A stretch of DNA of 24,223 nt from contig JBFMGO010000092.1 in the NCBI GenBank assembly GCA_040752695.1, positions 1 to 24,223 on the forward strand, given 5' to 3'. Shown piece after piece: positions 14,747 to 23,698 of the stretch (positions are counted from its first letter, which is position 1; the number at the start of each line of letters is the position of its first letter). The translations under genes were made by a program, and so were the position numbers. The notes under the pieces are model-generated. The model did no database searches, was not told the origin of the DNA, and worked only from the letters and a program-made list of their open reading frames with translations. The stretch is from a bacterium (GTDB lineage: Bacteria; SZUA-182; DTGQ01).

Positions 14747-16260
14747 TGATGAACAGCGATCCTGGAAGTGTCCCATCTGGACAACTCAACAGCACCATCT
14801 GCCCCATCATCAATATCGATGTTGTTATCAAGGGTTGGGCCTGGCGAGGTTCCGATTTTAATCGCGACATCCACGATGCCGGGGATCGAGGCAAGCTGGC
14901 TGATGAGCGCAGGATAAACGATTACATCCGCTCCGACTCCAAGGTTATTTCCCCATGCAGTCAAAGTCGTTTTCACCAGGTCATCGCCATTCATCGGATA
15001 GTCGTCTGTTACTTGTAAGTCAAGGTCTACATAGATATTGATTTCATTTGGCCTTGAAAAGCAAATGGTATGATTGAACCCCTGAGAGTCGGTTACCATT
15101 CCCGATACGTTTCCATAGGATTGTATTCCGGCAGGTTTGGCGGCATAAATTGCCTCGAATATCTCCTGGTCTCTGGTTGTCCCGCCAGCGGCCTGGTAGA
15201 CAATGACAAGGAAACTTTTCGCGGGAAGGCCTCTGGCATCCACTTCGTTGGTATAATTTTCAAATGCGTTCACCGACTCAAGAGCCGGTTTGCTCGAATC
15301 CTCATTTAATTTGAGTATGGATGCCAGGATGGCATCAAGGGGCCCTGCAACGCTCACTTGGAGAAGATTATTTCTCCTGACCCGCAGTTCCGTGTCAGTT
15401 TCGATATTCCTTCCCAGGGAGGCATCTTCAGGATTAAAAACCGAGACCAGGCCGGATATCGGGTTGTCGATGACCGTCAGGGTTTTGGCATTGGCCACCA
15501 AAGGGCCGGTCTCTGTGGCGGTGCAATCTACCTGCGCCTGGTATACACCAGTGACGGCATGGGCAATCGTGATCGCTACCGCGGTTCCCCCAGCCAGGAG
15601 AGTGCTATCGGTGGCAAGGAGAAGTTCCTGGGGTTGTTTGCCATCGGCCCCGCCAAAGGTGACCGTAAAGCCCCCTGGGAAATCTCCGGATACGGTCACT
15701 TCGGATAAGGCCGATAAGGCGTTCAGCGCATCCTGGAGGTCGCTGGATGAAGCATCAAAGCCTATGGCAGAGGTTGTTTCGCCGTTAAGATCCAGCTTAA
15801 AACTGCCGCTGGTTGGGATCGTATCGAAGGTGATAGCCTGCACAGCATCTGTCCCTGCACCCAGGGTCTTTTCTTCGCTGGTGGCAAACTTCACGTCCGG
15901 GTTATCCTTGACAGAGAAAACGGTTCCCGCAGGCACCACGGTCCCTACAGTCCCAAAGAGTGCCATGCCTGCGATTTGAGAAGGCATCGCAGCCAATCTC
16001 GTTATCCCGGTAAGAGAGCAGACCCGGTCAAGAGATACCCCTTCGGCAGTATCCGGATATTGACTGTAATAAATTGCTTCTATCAATTCCCACAGCAGGG
16101 ATTCTCTCTCGCTGAAGATTCCTGTAAGCTGGCCAAAAACACCTTCAGGGAGAAGATTAATCGAAGAGCCAAATGTCGCTTTGAGTGCATCTTCTATTTC
16201 GGACTGTATAATGTCCAGTGTCTTGGCATTGAATCCTTGGGATGTCAGCCCGTAGGTCAT
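14740..16260 (-). CDS. Baseplate J/gp47-like wedge protein with an inserted ~95-aa domain
   Basis: MTYGLTSQGF, PDTAEGVSLDRVCSLTGITR, GTVGTVVPAGT, GRNIETDTELRVRR, KPAGIQSYG. Confidence 0.9.
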   Translation of the reverse strand: MTYGLTSQGFNAKTLDIIQSEIEDALKATFGSSINLLPEGVFGQLTGIFSERESLLWELIEAIYYSQYPDTAEGVSLDRVCSLTGITRLAAMPSQIAGMALFGTVGTVVPAGTVFSVKDNPDVKFATSEEKTLGAGTDAVQAITFDTIPTSGSFKLDLNGETTSAIGFDASSSDLQDALNALSALSEVTVSGDFPGGFTVTFGGADGKQPQELLLATDSTLLAGGTAVAITIAHAVTGVYQAQVDCTATETGPLVANAKTLTVIDNPISGLVSVFNPEDASLGRNIETDTELRVRRNNLLQVSVAGPLDAILASILKLNEDSSKPALESVNAFENYTNEVDARGLPAKSFLVIVYQAAGGTTRDQEIFEAIYAAKPAGIQSYGNVSGMVTDSQGFNHTICFSRPNEINIYVDLDLQVTDDYPMNGDDLVKTTLTAWGNNLGVGADVIVYPALISQLASIPGIVDVAIKIGTSPGPTLDNNIDIDDGADGAVELSRWDTSRIAVHHL

Positions 16261-16616
16261 GATACTACCTCGTTGAAATCGATGATTCCTTCGTCGGTCC
16301 TGGCCTTGAACACCAGGTTCAGAACCCGGGTCGAGGAATTGATATTCAGGTTAAATTCTAAAAGTTGCACGATACCAGGGGTATTAATGATTTCCCGTTT
16401 GAAAATACTGTCGATAACCTGTAGGTTTGGATTCTTTACAAACACCTGCTGGAAATAGGGGACGCCTATGGCCATGTGCAGGAACCACTCTCCGTAAAAG
16501 GTTTTAATTTTTTGGGACAAGTGCTGCCTTATAGCATCGATTCCTGAAATGAGAACCAAATCCCCCTTTTGTATTAGGATATCCCCTTCGGTATCTAATG
16601 CCAAATCACGATTCAT
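16257..16616 (-). CDS. Baseplate gp46/gpW(gp25)-like sheath initiator
   Basis: DLALDTEGDI...AIRQHLSQKIKTFYGEWFL...GVPYFQ...IINTPGI; position before J. Confidence 0.8.
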   Translation of the reverse strand: MNRDLALDTEGDILIQKGDLVLISGIDAIRQHLSQKIKTFYGEWFLHMAIGVPYFQQVFVKNPNLQVIDSIFKREIINTPGIVQLLEFNLNINSSTRVLNLVFKARTDEGIIDFNEVVS

Positions 16617-16855
16617 AATATGACTCCAACCCCAGGCTGAGAGGTAATTGGCAAAGGGCCTCCATTGGGTCCTGTCCCCGTGGTTCCGGTCGTGCTCACC
16701 TGTACCTGGGCATTGGTTTGAATATAAGATACGATTACTCTACCGATAGCCTGCCATTTGTTTAACACAAGTGCCCGCTCTTCTGCTGACAGACCGGTTT
16801 GCCCTGCCAAAAGGACGTCGGTTAATTCCTGCCCTAACTGATCGCCATTCAACAT
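16613..16855 (-). CDS. Small baseplate/spike-tip-position protein
   Basis: 80-aa ORF coupled between the spike and gp46-like genes. Confidence 0.6.
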   Translation of the reverse strand: MLNGDQLGQELTDVLLAGQTGLSAEERALVLNKWQAIGRVIVSYIQTNAQVQVSTTGTTGTGPNGGPLPITSQPGVGVIL

Positions 16856-16859
16856 TTTG

Positions 16860-17507
16860 CTACCTCTTTAACGCAGTCAGTTGCACTTTATCCTGGGTGA
16901 AATTGGCGATTGTGTCTGCCGTGAAAGGGGATGCTCCCCAGGAAGTCAAAACCTTTGCACTGATCAGATGGGTAAGGACTTGGACCAGCACTGTTATCAA
17001 TTCGCTGCTTGTCCCCTCGATGCTTACCTTGCCAGAGGGGTCAAGTTCAATCCTGAGCTTATCGTTTTGAAGGACCATGTTGTTTGACGAAACGCCGGCA
17101 AGTGCTTTTTTAAAAGGCCTGATCCCAGGGACAAAGACAGCATCCGACAGATTGTGATGCCGAGGATCCTTGGGAGAGGTTATCTGGCCATCACCACAAA
17201 GCCATCCCTCCATCGTGCGCTCGCAGACAATTATTATCCCAAGATCGCCAGCCTTCAAAGGGAGGTGAAGATATGCTTTCCCGCCGCCTGCCGATGGCCA
17301 TTGTACCGGAACCGCCGGGATCACGGGGAACTCGGTATCGATGTCGCTGGCCTTATACTTTTTTCTCAGTAAGGGTTTCACATCCGCTTTCTGGCTGGCA
17401 GGATCGTATTTTTCAACCCTCGCAGGCATGGCGGTGTGAAGATCGAGGATCTGGGATCGGATCGCCTCCCGGATAACATGTGCAAGGGTAGGGGTTTCGT
17501 TTTCCAT
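16860..17507 (-). CDS. Baseplate central spike (gp138/gpV-like)
   Basis: LHTAMPARVEKYDP...VPVQWP..GG....PLKAGDLG...RHHNLSDAVFVPG; ATG 17507 in a TGATG overlap with the upstream stop. Confidence 0.85.
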   Translation of the reverse strand: MENETPTLAHVIREAIRSQILDLHTAMPARVEKYDPASQKADVKPLLRKKYKASDIDTEFPVIPAVPVQWPSAGGGKAYLHLPLKAGDLGIIIVCERTMEGWLCGDGQITSPKDPRHHNLSDAVFVPGIRPFKKALAGVSSNNMVLQNDKLRIELDPSGKVSIEGTSSELITVLVQVLTHLISAKVLTSWGASPFTADTIANFTQDKVQLTALKR

Positions 17508-18376
17508 CACTTTGCCTCTGCCGTGCAATACCACGGGTTGTCATGGGTATCGCCATTGAACCTGACTTTATTTATCCTGAAATCCCCATTGATGAACATG
17601 CTCTCTATCCTCACGGCCCGCCCTGGCTGTATTTTAGGCTGGATTAAAGCAGTGAACTCTATCCCTTCCTCTCGCCGCACAGGGGAGCCAACCAGGCCCG
17701 TCTTTGGGCTTAATAAAACAGCATCCTCAGTGGTCTTGCCATCTTTGGGGATGATCTGAAGCTTCTTATCCTGGATGCTCCACTCTAATCCTAAAGCACC
17801 CGTAAGGTTATCCATATTTACCGATGAGGAACCGGCAAGGGCAAGGCCTGTTTGAATTTTTTTGCTGTTAAATGTTCCGGTTTTGATAAAATCAAGTGCC
17901 CCATCGACAATGACCCCACCCATCTCTTTAAAGGTGTTGACGACGTCCACAAGAGGGGTTTTCATGTCTATCCCTTGGGTGTAGCTTTTATCGATCGTGG
18001 CTTTTTGGATGGCCTCGATCCCGCTGGCCGCCTCGATGGTGGTCACCGTATCAGGCCCCTGGGTTGAAAACGTTACCGGTGCGGCATTGTTTTTCGTGGC
18101 ATCCTCGTTGGAGAAAGAGCTCTTTTTGATATCCCCGAAGTAAATCTGCTCCAAGTTGCCGCCATATCCGACTTCTAACGTGACGGTCAGATTATCTTTT
18201 GATTCAAGCAATGGCCAATGTTTGGGATGCAGGTTATAGATGCAGATCCGTGCCGTATTAGGGTTGGGCTCGCTGGTTTTTTCAATTTCGAAGGCTATCC
18301 GTAGCCCAGTGACCTTGATCCCTTCCTCTCCTCTTTTTCCGAACGATACCGCTGCATACCGATCCCATAAAAGCAT
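17507..18376 (-). CDS. Baseplate hub protein
   Basis: LRIAFEIEKT..PNTARICIYNL, LEVGYG, WSIQD, LSPKTGLVGSP, GDTHDNPWY. Confidence 0.8.
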   Translation of the reverse strand: MLLWDRYAAVSFGKRGEEGIKVTGLRIAFEIEKTSEPNPNTARICIYNLHPKHWPLLESKDNLTVTLEVGYGGNLEQIYFGDIKKSSFSNEDATKNNAAPVTFSTQGPDTVTTIEAASGIEAIQKATIDKSYTQGIDMKTPLVDVVNTFKEMGGVIVDGALDFIKTGTFNSKKIQTGLALAGSSSVNMDNLTGALGLEWSIQDKKLQIIPKDGKTTEDAVLLSPKTGLVGSPVRREEGIEFTALIQPKIQPGRAVRIESMFINGDFRINKVRFNGDTHDNPWYCTAEAK

Positions 18377-18379
18377 TAC

Positions 18380-18706
18380 TCAAATCCCCTGATAGATAAG
18401 AAGCGCATTATTGCCAAGATCATCCCGGCCAGGACTGGCGTTTTCATCGACCGTATTGAGCAGAAAAAGAACTCCTTGTGGCAGTCTGGTATCAGCCCTG
18501 AATCCTGAAAGAAAATCGACCCCCGCCAACAAAGGGATTCCGGCTACCAGGATTTCTCCGCCATCGGTTTTGATATCCATGATCCATCGATCAGCCCTGG
18601 TATTGAAGCGAAAAGAAAAGGTATATTTCACCTTGTCCAGTTCCGTCTTGAGTTCGTAATGGCCGATATCCGATTTTACTGGTAATTGCAAAAGAGATAG
18701 AGACAT
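18380..18706 (-). CDS. Baseplate plug-like small protein
   Basis: YTFSFRFNTRADRWIMDI...GIPLLAGVD; position between the Dit-like and hub genes. Confidence 0.7.
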   Translation of the reverse strand: MSLSLLQLPVKSDIGHYELKTELDKVKYTFSFRFNTRADRWIMDIKTDGGEILVAGIPLLAGVDFLSGFRADTRLPQGVLFLLNTVDENASPGRDDLGNNALLIYQGI

Positions 18707-18708
18707 GG

Positions 18709-19530
18709 CTATAACCCGAATAAACTTTTCGCCGCGTTCCCACCAATTTTAAATAGAAGCGAGCCGCCTTTCTTGGCAACGGGGCTATCAGAAGAAATGG
18801 TTTTTGATTGCTGAGTTCCCAGGGATTTCTTTGGGGTTCCCCGATCTGCGGTCTGTTTATCTTTCATGGCGGGTATTACTACCGATTCGCTGAAAACGAA
18901 ATTCACCCTCCTGAAGGATGCCGTGAAAAACAGTGCCCGTGTCGTGCCAATATTACGTGGCATGGACAATGATTCCATAATCATGTTCTGATAGGCAGTC
19001 AGACCGGTAATGATGAGTACAGGGATTTTATTTTCATAAATCTGATCGAGGATATCATAGGCATCCTTAACCCTTACGATTGGCTGATATTGCATCTGGG
19101 ATGTGGGTCGCTGCTCGGATGCTTTTTGAAGTAAAGATCCACTGAGTTTGGAATAAGCCCCGGTTACCACAGCCCCACTGATTCCACCTCCAACCAAAGA
19201 TCCTGCCATGCCAGCAAATGCCCCGGACCCTATTTGCTGCAACCGCTCCCCTGTCCAGGCACTGACTTGGGGAGGGGTATCATCGATCCCGACAATGCGG
19301 GATTCCTGCGGATACGCATCCTCGGAGATGATCCCGGTCAATGTAAGCTGGGTGCCCTTTTTAATCACATGATCCGCAATGATATCCCCGCCCTCGATTT
19401 CATGGCTGGTGGCCTGAGCAGAGCGGGAATGATCCTCGTTGATCGTGGCATCGATGGGCAACAGGTGCCCGAAATCATCCTGGATGGTTACCAGTTTTTT
19501 GGCTTTTATCGAGACATTGACACTACTCAT
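18709..19530 (-). CDS. Dit-like/tail-tube initiator baseplate protein
   Basis: IDATINEDHS...TSHEIEGG..IADHV...LTLTGIISE; TGLTAYQNMIMESLS; follows the tape measure gene. Confidence 0.8.
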   Translation of the reverse strand: MSSVNVSIKAKKLVTIQDDFGHLLPIDATINEDHSRSAQATSHEIEGGDIIADHVIKKGTQLTLTGIISEDAYPQESRIVGIDDTPPQVSAWTGERLQQIGSGAFAGMAGSLVGGGISGAVVTGAYSKLSGSLLQKASEQRPTSQMQYQPIVRVKDAYDILDQIYENKIPVLIITGLTAYQNMIMESLSMPRNIGTTRALFFTASFRRVNFVFSESVVIPAMKDKQTADRGTPKKSLGTQQSKTISSDSPVAKKGGSLLFKIGGNAAKSLFGL

Positions 19531-19557
19531 TGCTTATCCTACTATTCATTGCTCATC

Positions 19558-21243
19558 TTACCATTCCAACCCTGGGGAGGTTGCCCAGTAAGTCTGCCTT
19601 AAGACTTCTCCGAGTGCATCCTTTACGCCTGCCCGCACCCTTGGGCCCACATCCTGGGCAGGGGTGCCTGGCGGCACATTGACCGTAATCGGAGAGTTGA
19701 TATTCATGTTCTGAGGTGCATTAACAGTATGTGTGCTTACCGATGATGCGATTGGAGCACTGGCCGGAGTGGATGAAAAGGGTTCCTGTGCTGGACCTGA
19801 AGTCCAGGCGAGGACATCGGATATTTTCCCGAATAGCCAGGATATGGATTTATAGGCAGAAGTGCTGCTGATAAAATCAAGTGCAGATGTCAGCGCATCT
19901 TTAATGACTCTGCCTATACTGGAAAAAACATTTGAGAAAATACTGTATACCTGATGCAATCCTTCTTTTATGGCACCTAAATCAAGGTGGAATATTCCGG
20001 CCCATAGTAAAGCCACAGCCTTAATCAGATTCCAGAAAATGATAATATCGGTCTTTAAGGCATTGATTACAGCTTTGACGACCTGGAATGCTGTGGGCAG
20101 TTTCTTTTGAAAAGCTTCAATGAGTAATCCCGTTATGGAATTTCGCCCTTGAAAATAGGCGATAACGTCTTCTAAAAGAAGAATCAGGGCGGCAATCCCT
20201 ATGCCGATCAAAAGAGGTACGGCAGCGATGGCAAGTTTTGACATAATCGCGGCAGCCCCAAGGGACATAAAGGCTGAGGTCAACTTCCAGATGGCCTGGA
20301 CCATGCTGCCCACAGCATAAAGGATTTCCAGCCCCTTAAATATAAGAAGTGCGGCAATTACGTACCGGATAACGGTATTGAGGCCTCCAAAGGCAGTGGC
20401 CAGATCCTTAACCGTATCCACAACGCCCCGGACTATGACATACATAGACCTCAGTATAGTAACCGTCTTTTGAATATACTCAGCCAGGGTGGATCGGACC
20501 AGTTCCCGATTGGCCATAATCCATCCCTGTGCTCCGGAAACGATCTCGGTTAAAACAGGAATAAGGCCAAGACCGATTTGATTCTTTATCCCCTTGATGG
20601 CGGCCATTAACCTGATAATGGAATCCCCAAAATCATCACTTGCGACGGCATCCTCGGTGCTCATGACGATGCCAAGATCCCTGGCCTCTTGTCTTAACTT
20701 GGCGATACCGGCAGATCCTTCATTCAAAAGAGGAATCAGGTATGCACCCGATCGGCCAAACAAGTCGTTGGCCAGTGCGGTTTTTTCCAGGCTGTTTGGC
20801 ATACGGGCAAATTTATCAGCGATCTCGGCCAGGAGCTGGTCGCTGGCCTTAAGGTTCCCATTGGCACCCATAACCGAGATCCCCAGGTTTTGAAAAGATT
20901 GGGAATCGGTCTTAATGCCTCGTGCCGCATTGCTGGCCGTATCGGCCATCCTGCGCATTGAGATTTGGAACTCTTCAGCACTCACTTCAGAAAGGGATGC
21001 CGCATATTCCAGTTCCTGGAAACTTTCGACAGTCAACCCGAGGGACTGGGACATTTTCTTGGCATATTCACCGGCATTGGCTGCACTTTTCGCCAAGGCA
21101 AAAAGGGATGCTCCGGCAGCGACAACCGCAGTCCCAATTTCAAGGATAGAGAACTTCAAATCCTTGATGCTCGATTCAAGCTGTTTGACTGGTTTTTCAT
21201 CTACATCGAACCCGATGCGGACGAATAGATCCCGAAGTTTCAC
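19558..21243 (-). CDS. Tail tape measure protein (561 aa)
   Basis: LRDLFVRIGFDVD N-terminus, Ala-rich helical repeats, DLFGRSGAYLIPLLNEG, hydrophobic central segments; GTG start with AAGGTG RBS. Confidence 0.9.
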   Translation of the reverse strand: MKLRDLFVRIGFDVDEKPVKQLESSIKDLKFSILEIGTAVVAAGASLFALAKSAANAGEYAKKMSQSLGLTVESFQELEYAASLSEVSAEEFQISMRRMADTASNAARGIKTDSQSFQNLGISVMGANGNLKASDQLLAEIADKFARMPNSLEKTALANDLFGRSGAYLIPLLNEGSAGIAKLRQEARDLGIVMSTEDAVASDDFGDSIIRLMAAIKGIKNQIGLGLIPVLTEIVSGAQGWIMANRELVRSTLAEYIQKTVTILRSMYVIVRGVVDTVKDLATAFGGLNTVIRYVIAALLIFKGLEILYAVGSMVQAIWKLTSAFMSLGAAAIMSKLAIAAVPLLIGIGIAALILLLEDVIAYFQGRNSITGLLIEAFQKKLPTAFQVVKAVINALKTDIIIFWNLIKAVALLWAGIFHLDLGAIKEGLHQVYSIFSNVFSSIGRVIKDALTSALDFISSTSAYKSISWLFGKISDVLAWTSGPAQEPFSSTPASAPIASSVSTHTVNAPQNMNINSPITVNVPPGTPAQDVGPRVRAGVKDALGEVLRQTYWATSPGLEW

Positions 21244-21249
21244 TTGGCC

Positions 21250-21321
21250 ACCTTTGGGGTATTCTTATCTTTTTAGGAATTCCTGCCCTCTTAGGAATTC
21301 CGGTCCCTTTGGGGATTCCTG
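21250..21321. repeat. Four degenerate 18-bp units spanning the stop of the frameshift product and the TMP RBS
   Basis: Minus strand GGAATCCCCAAAGGGACC / GGAATTCCTAAGAGGGCA / GGAATTCCTAAAAAGATA / AGAATACCCCAAAGGTGG. Confidence 0.75.
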
Positions 21322-21536
21322 TAGAGGTATTCTTCATATTCCTGCTGGATATCCAACGCCTCATGAGCATCCAGTAAATCGTTAAGAGACCAATGCCGCT
21401 CGACCTCTTCCAGCGTCGTGATCCTGGCCAGGATCGGCCTCCAGAGAAACCAATCCTCAGGGGTCAGGTTACTCAGGCCCGGGTTATAGCCTCGGCCAGC
21501 CGCTGCTTTATTCTGTCGAGCATGCCGTCGAAAAAA
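21291..21536 (-). CDS. -1 frameshift extension of the tail assembly chaperone (lambda gpGT-like)
   Basis: Slippery T TTT TTC at 21536-21530; -1 frame open for 79 codons (...DWFLWRPILARITTLEEVERHWSLNDLLDAHEALDIQ...) to TAA 21291. Confidence 0.8.
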   Translation of the reverse strand, partial: FFRRHARQNKAAAGRGYNPGLSNLTPEDWFLWRPILARITTLEEVERHWSLNDLLDAHEALDIQQEYEEYLYRNPQRDRNS

Positions 21537-21913
21537 CTGCCGTATTCCACCTCCAGGGCGGCAAAGACCACCTTGAAAAGATGCGGGAGGCGGCCCCCGA
21601 AATGCTCGTCAAACACCTTGGACACCTCACCCTTGCCATCGACAAAGACCTGGGACATCAGCGAATCAACGATAGCCTCGACCTCGTTCTCATCCAGATT
21701 TCGACACAGGTGGCCGACAACCGCCCCAAGATCGATGTCCAGATCAAAAAGGCTTTCCGCTTTCATGCTCATGCCATCCTTGCCAATGGCCGTACCAATG
21801 GGGCCTCCGATAATCTTCAAAATCCTGGTAAGCAGTTTCAGACTTTTCTTGGGAGCAAGTTGATAGAATGTATACTGCTCGCCATCGATGTCTTTCCTCA
21901 CGGGTTCACGCAT
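21473..21913 (-). CDS. Tail assembly chaperone
   Basis: Between tube and TMP; FDEHFGGRLPHLFKVVFAALEVEYGSFF motif. Confidence 0.85.
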   Translation of the reverse strand: MREPVRKDIDGEQYTFYQLAPKKSLKLLTRILKIIGGPIGTAIGKDGMSMKAESLFDLDIDLGAVVGHLCRNLDENEVEAIVDSLMSQVFVDGKGEVSKVFDEHFGGRLPHLFKVVFAALEVEYGSFFDGMLDRIKQRLAEAITRA

Positions 21914-22317
21914 CAGTTATTTCCTCCGACAACAAACGGGTCGATGACCTCTCCTTTGATGGTCCACTCTCTTTGGGTGGCCTCTTTCCCGAACTCCGAA
22001 TCGGGAACCTTGACCACGGTCCCCTCCGGCATTGTGGCCACAGAAGCGCCGCTTTTGTCCACGATCAGGCAGGGAATGAGGGTCCCCGCCATCTCGAATG
22101 CGCTTAAGGTGGCATTATCCTTGGACGCCTGCGGCAGTGTAAGAACGATGGCCCCCAACAGGCTGGCATTCTGGGTTCTGGTGACCTCTCCGGAAGTGCC
22201 TTCCGAAAAATTCCACCTGTCATTGTCCCTGCCCACTTTCACGGTATCCCACGATTTTATAATGCTCCCGCCGATAATTACGGAAACCTTTGCAGGAGTG
22301 TAGGTTTTAACGCTCAT
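21913..22317 (-). CDS. Tail tube protein (DUF3277-like)
   Basis: KTYTPAKVSVIIGG, G.SGEVTR, LTLPQASKDN, PDSEFGKEATQREWTI; follows the sheath. Confidence 0.85.
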   Translation of the reverse strand: MSVKTYTPAKVSVIIGGSIIKSWDTVKVGRDNDRWNFSEGTSGEVTRTQNASLLGAIVLTLPQASKDNATLSAFEMAGTLIPCLIVDKSGASVATMPEGTVVKVPDSEFGKEATQREWTIKGEVIDPFVVGGNN

Positions 22318-22352
22318 CGCTTAATCTCCTTCGCTCCTATCAGCGTTCAATT

Positions 22353-23687
22353 TCAGACACTCAGTTTGCCGCTGATGGTGGCCTTATGTACTGCACCGGC
22401 CAGGGTAGCCGAGAAAGTTATGCCATTCAGATACCGAGCGGCCTTCTCCAATGGGTCCACATTTTCAATATCAGGAACCGTCACGACGGCAGATCCTGCG
22501 GCCAAAAATCCTGCATCGACACCCTTGCCCAGTTGATAGCGGATCTCGGCCTCGATGACGGAGATCCCTTGAGTGGTAAAAGGGATCTTCTCGGAATTAA
22601 TCAACCGGGAGAAAATGCGCTCTGCGATCCTGGTCTGGAGCCAATCGGAACCATGCATGACGTCGATGTATTCCCCGGAAGCAACCACACCCTCTCCGGA
22701 TACGACACTCACTCCCGCAATCTCCTCGTAGAAGTTTGCCTGCTTGGTTTTCAGATAACCGACCTCGGATGCGGTAATGTCGTCGGCAGTGATACCTGCG
22801 AGGGTTTTGAACTTCCATGTGGTCGATCCTGGATCTTTGGGTAACTGCAATCCCACCCAGGCAGCGTCGGGGAAATTGGCATCATCTTTACTCCAGAGCA
22901 GGGCAGTCCGATCGAGGCTTTTCCCTTTCAGGATCGAAGCGATGTCACTGGATACGGAGGTGATTACATCGGCATCAGAAGAGCATGCGACGTAAATCTT
23001 AAGCAGGGGTTCTATAGCATCAGCCAGTGCTTCGATATCAGCAGCGACTCTGGTATCAGCCAGGAGGCAATACCAGCTATCATCGAAAGCCCGAACACCG
23101 GACAAAGCGGTCGCCCAGGTTTCAGTCGCAGATCCGTATTGGAGCACGGTCACCGTTACGGCCGTAACCCCAGTCAAAGAGGCAATGCTGACAGAGAAGG
23201 TATCGAAGTGCTTATTGACATCGGCCCCGGTGAATTCGATGACGAATCCTGTGCCCATGGTTCCTGTTACTGTTACTTCTGTAACGCTCGCGAGTGCCTC
23301 AATGGCCGATTTCACAGCAGCAGCGGCAGCGTCATAAGCGATCCCCGCGGTAGTCGCTCCGGCCAAGGTGACCGTCCAGGTTCCTGCGGTGGCAGTCCCG
23401 GTGAACACGATCTGCTGCTTGGCGTTGACGTTGGCATATTTTCTGCCTATTTTGAACTGCTCAGGGGATCGCTCCTGTGACATGAGGGCGACAGCCATTT
23501 TATACAGATTGTCACTCTCGCTAAACCCATCAGCAAGCATTCCATCCGTATCGGAATAAGTCACTACCCGATCGAAAATCCTGGACGTTTCTCCCAAAAG
23601 GAGGGGCGTCCCGAACCCGACCAAGGTAAGTTTAGCCGTCTCTCTGCTTATCGTTACGTTAACGATATCCTGCAATCTGGTTCCCAC
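22353..23687 (-). CDS. Contractile tail sheath protein (DUF3383-like)
   Basis: DIVNVTISRET, PGSTTWKFKTLAGI, GEYIDVMHGSDWLQ, KIPFTTQGI, FSATLAGAVH. Confidence 0.9.
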   Translation of the reverse strand: MGTRLQDIVNVTISRETAKLTLVGFGTPLLLGETSRIFDRVVTYSDTDGMLADGFSESDNLYKMAVALMSQERSPEQFKIGRKYANVNAKQQIVFTGTATAGTWTVTLAGATTAGIAYDAAAAAVKSAIEALASVTEVTVTGTMGTGFVIEFTGADVNKHFDTFSVSIASLTGVTAVTVTVLQYGSATETWATALSGVRAFDDSWYCLLADTRVAADIEALADAIEPLLKIYVACSSDADVITSVSSDIASILKGKSLDRTALLWSKDDANFPDAAWVGLQLPKDPGSTTWKFKTLAGITADDITASEVGYLKTKQANFYEEIAGVSVVSGEGVVASGEYIDVMHGSDWLQTRIAERIFSRLINSEKIPFTTQGISVIEAEIRYQLGKGVDAGFLAAGSAVVTVPDIENVDPLEKAARYLNGITFSATLAGAVHKATISGKLSV

Positions 23688-23698
23688 GTGGCACCTCC

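Noticed and set aside
15290..21863. Long plus-strand ORFs opposite the tail genes (e.g. 15290-15979, 20915-21385, 21393-21863)
   Set aside because: Antisense shadows of well-supported minus-strand genes, with no motifs of their own
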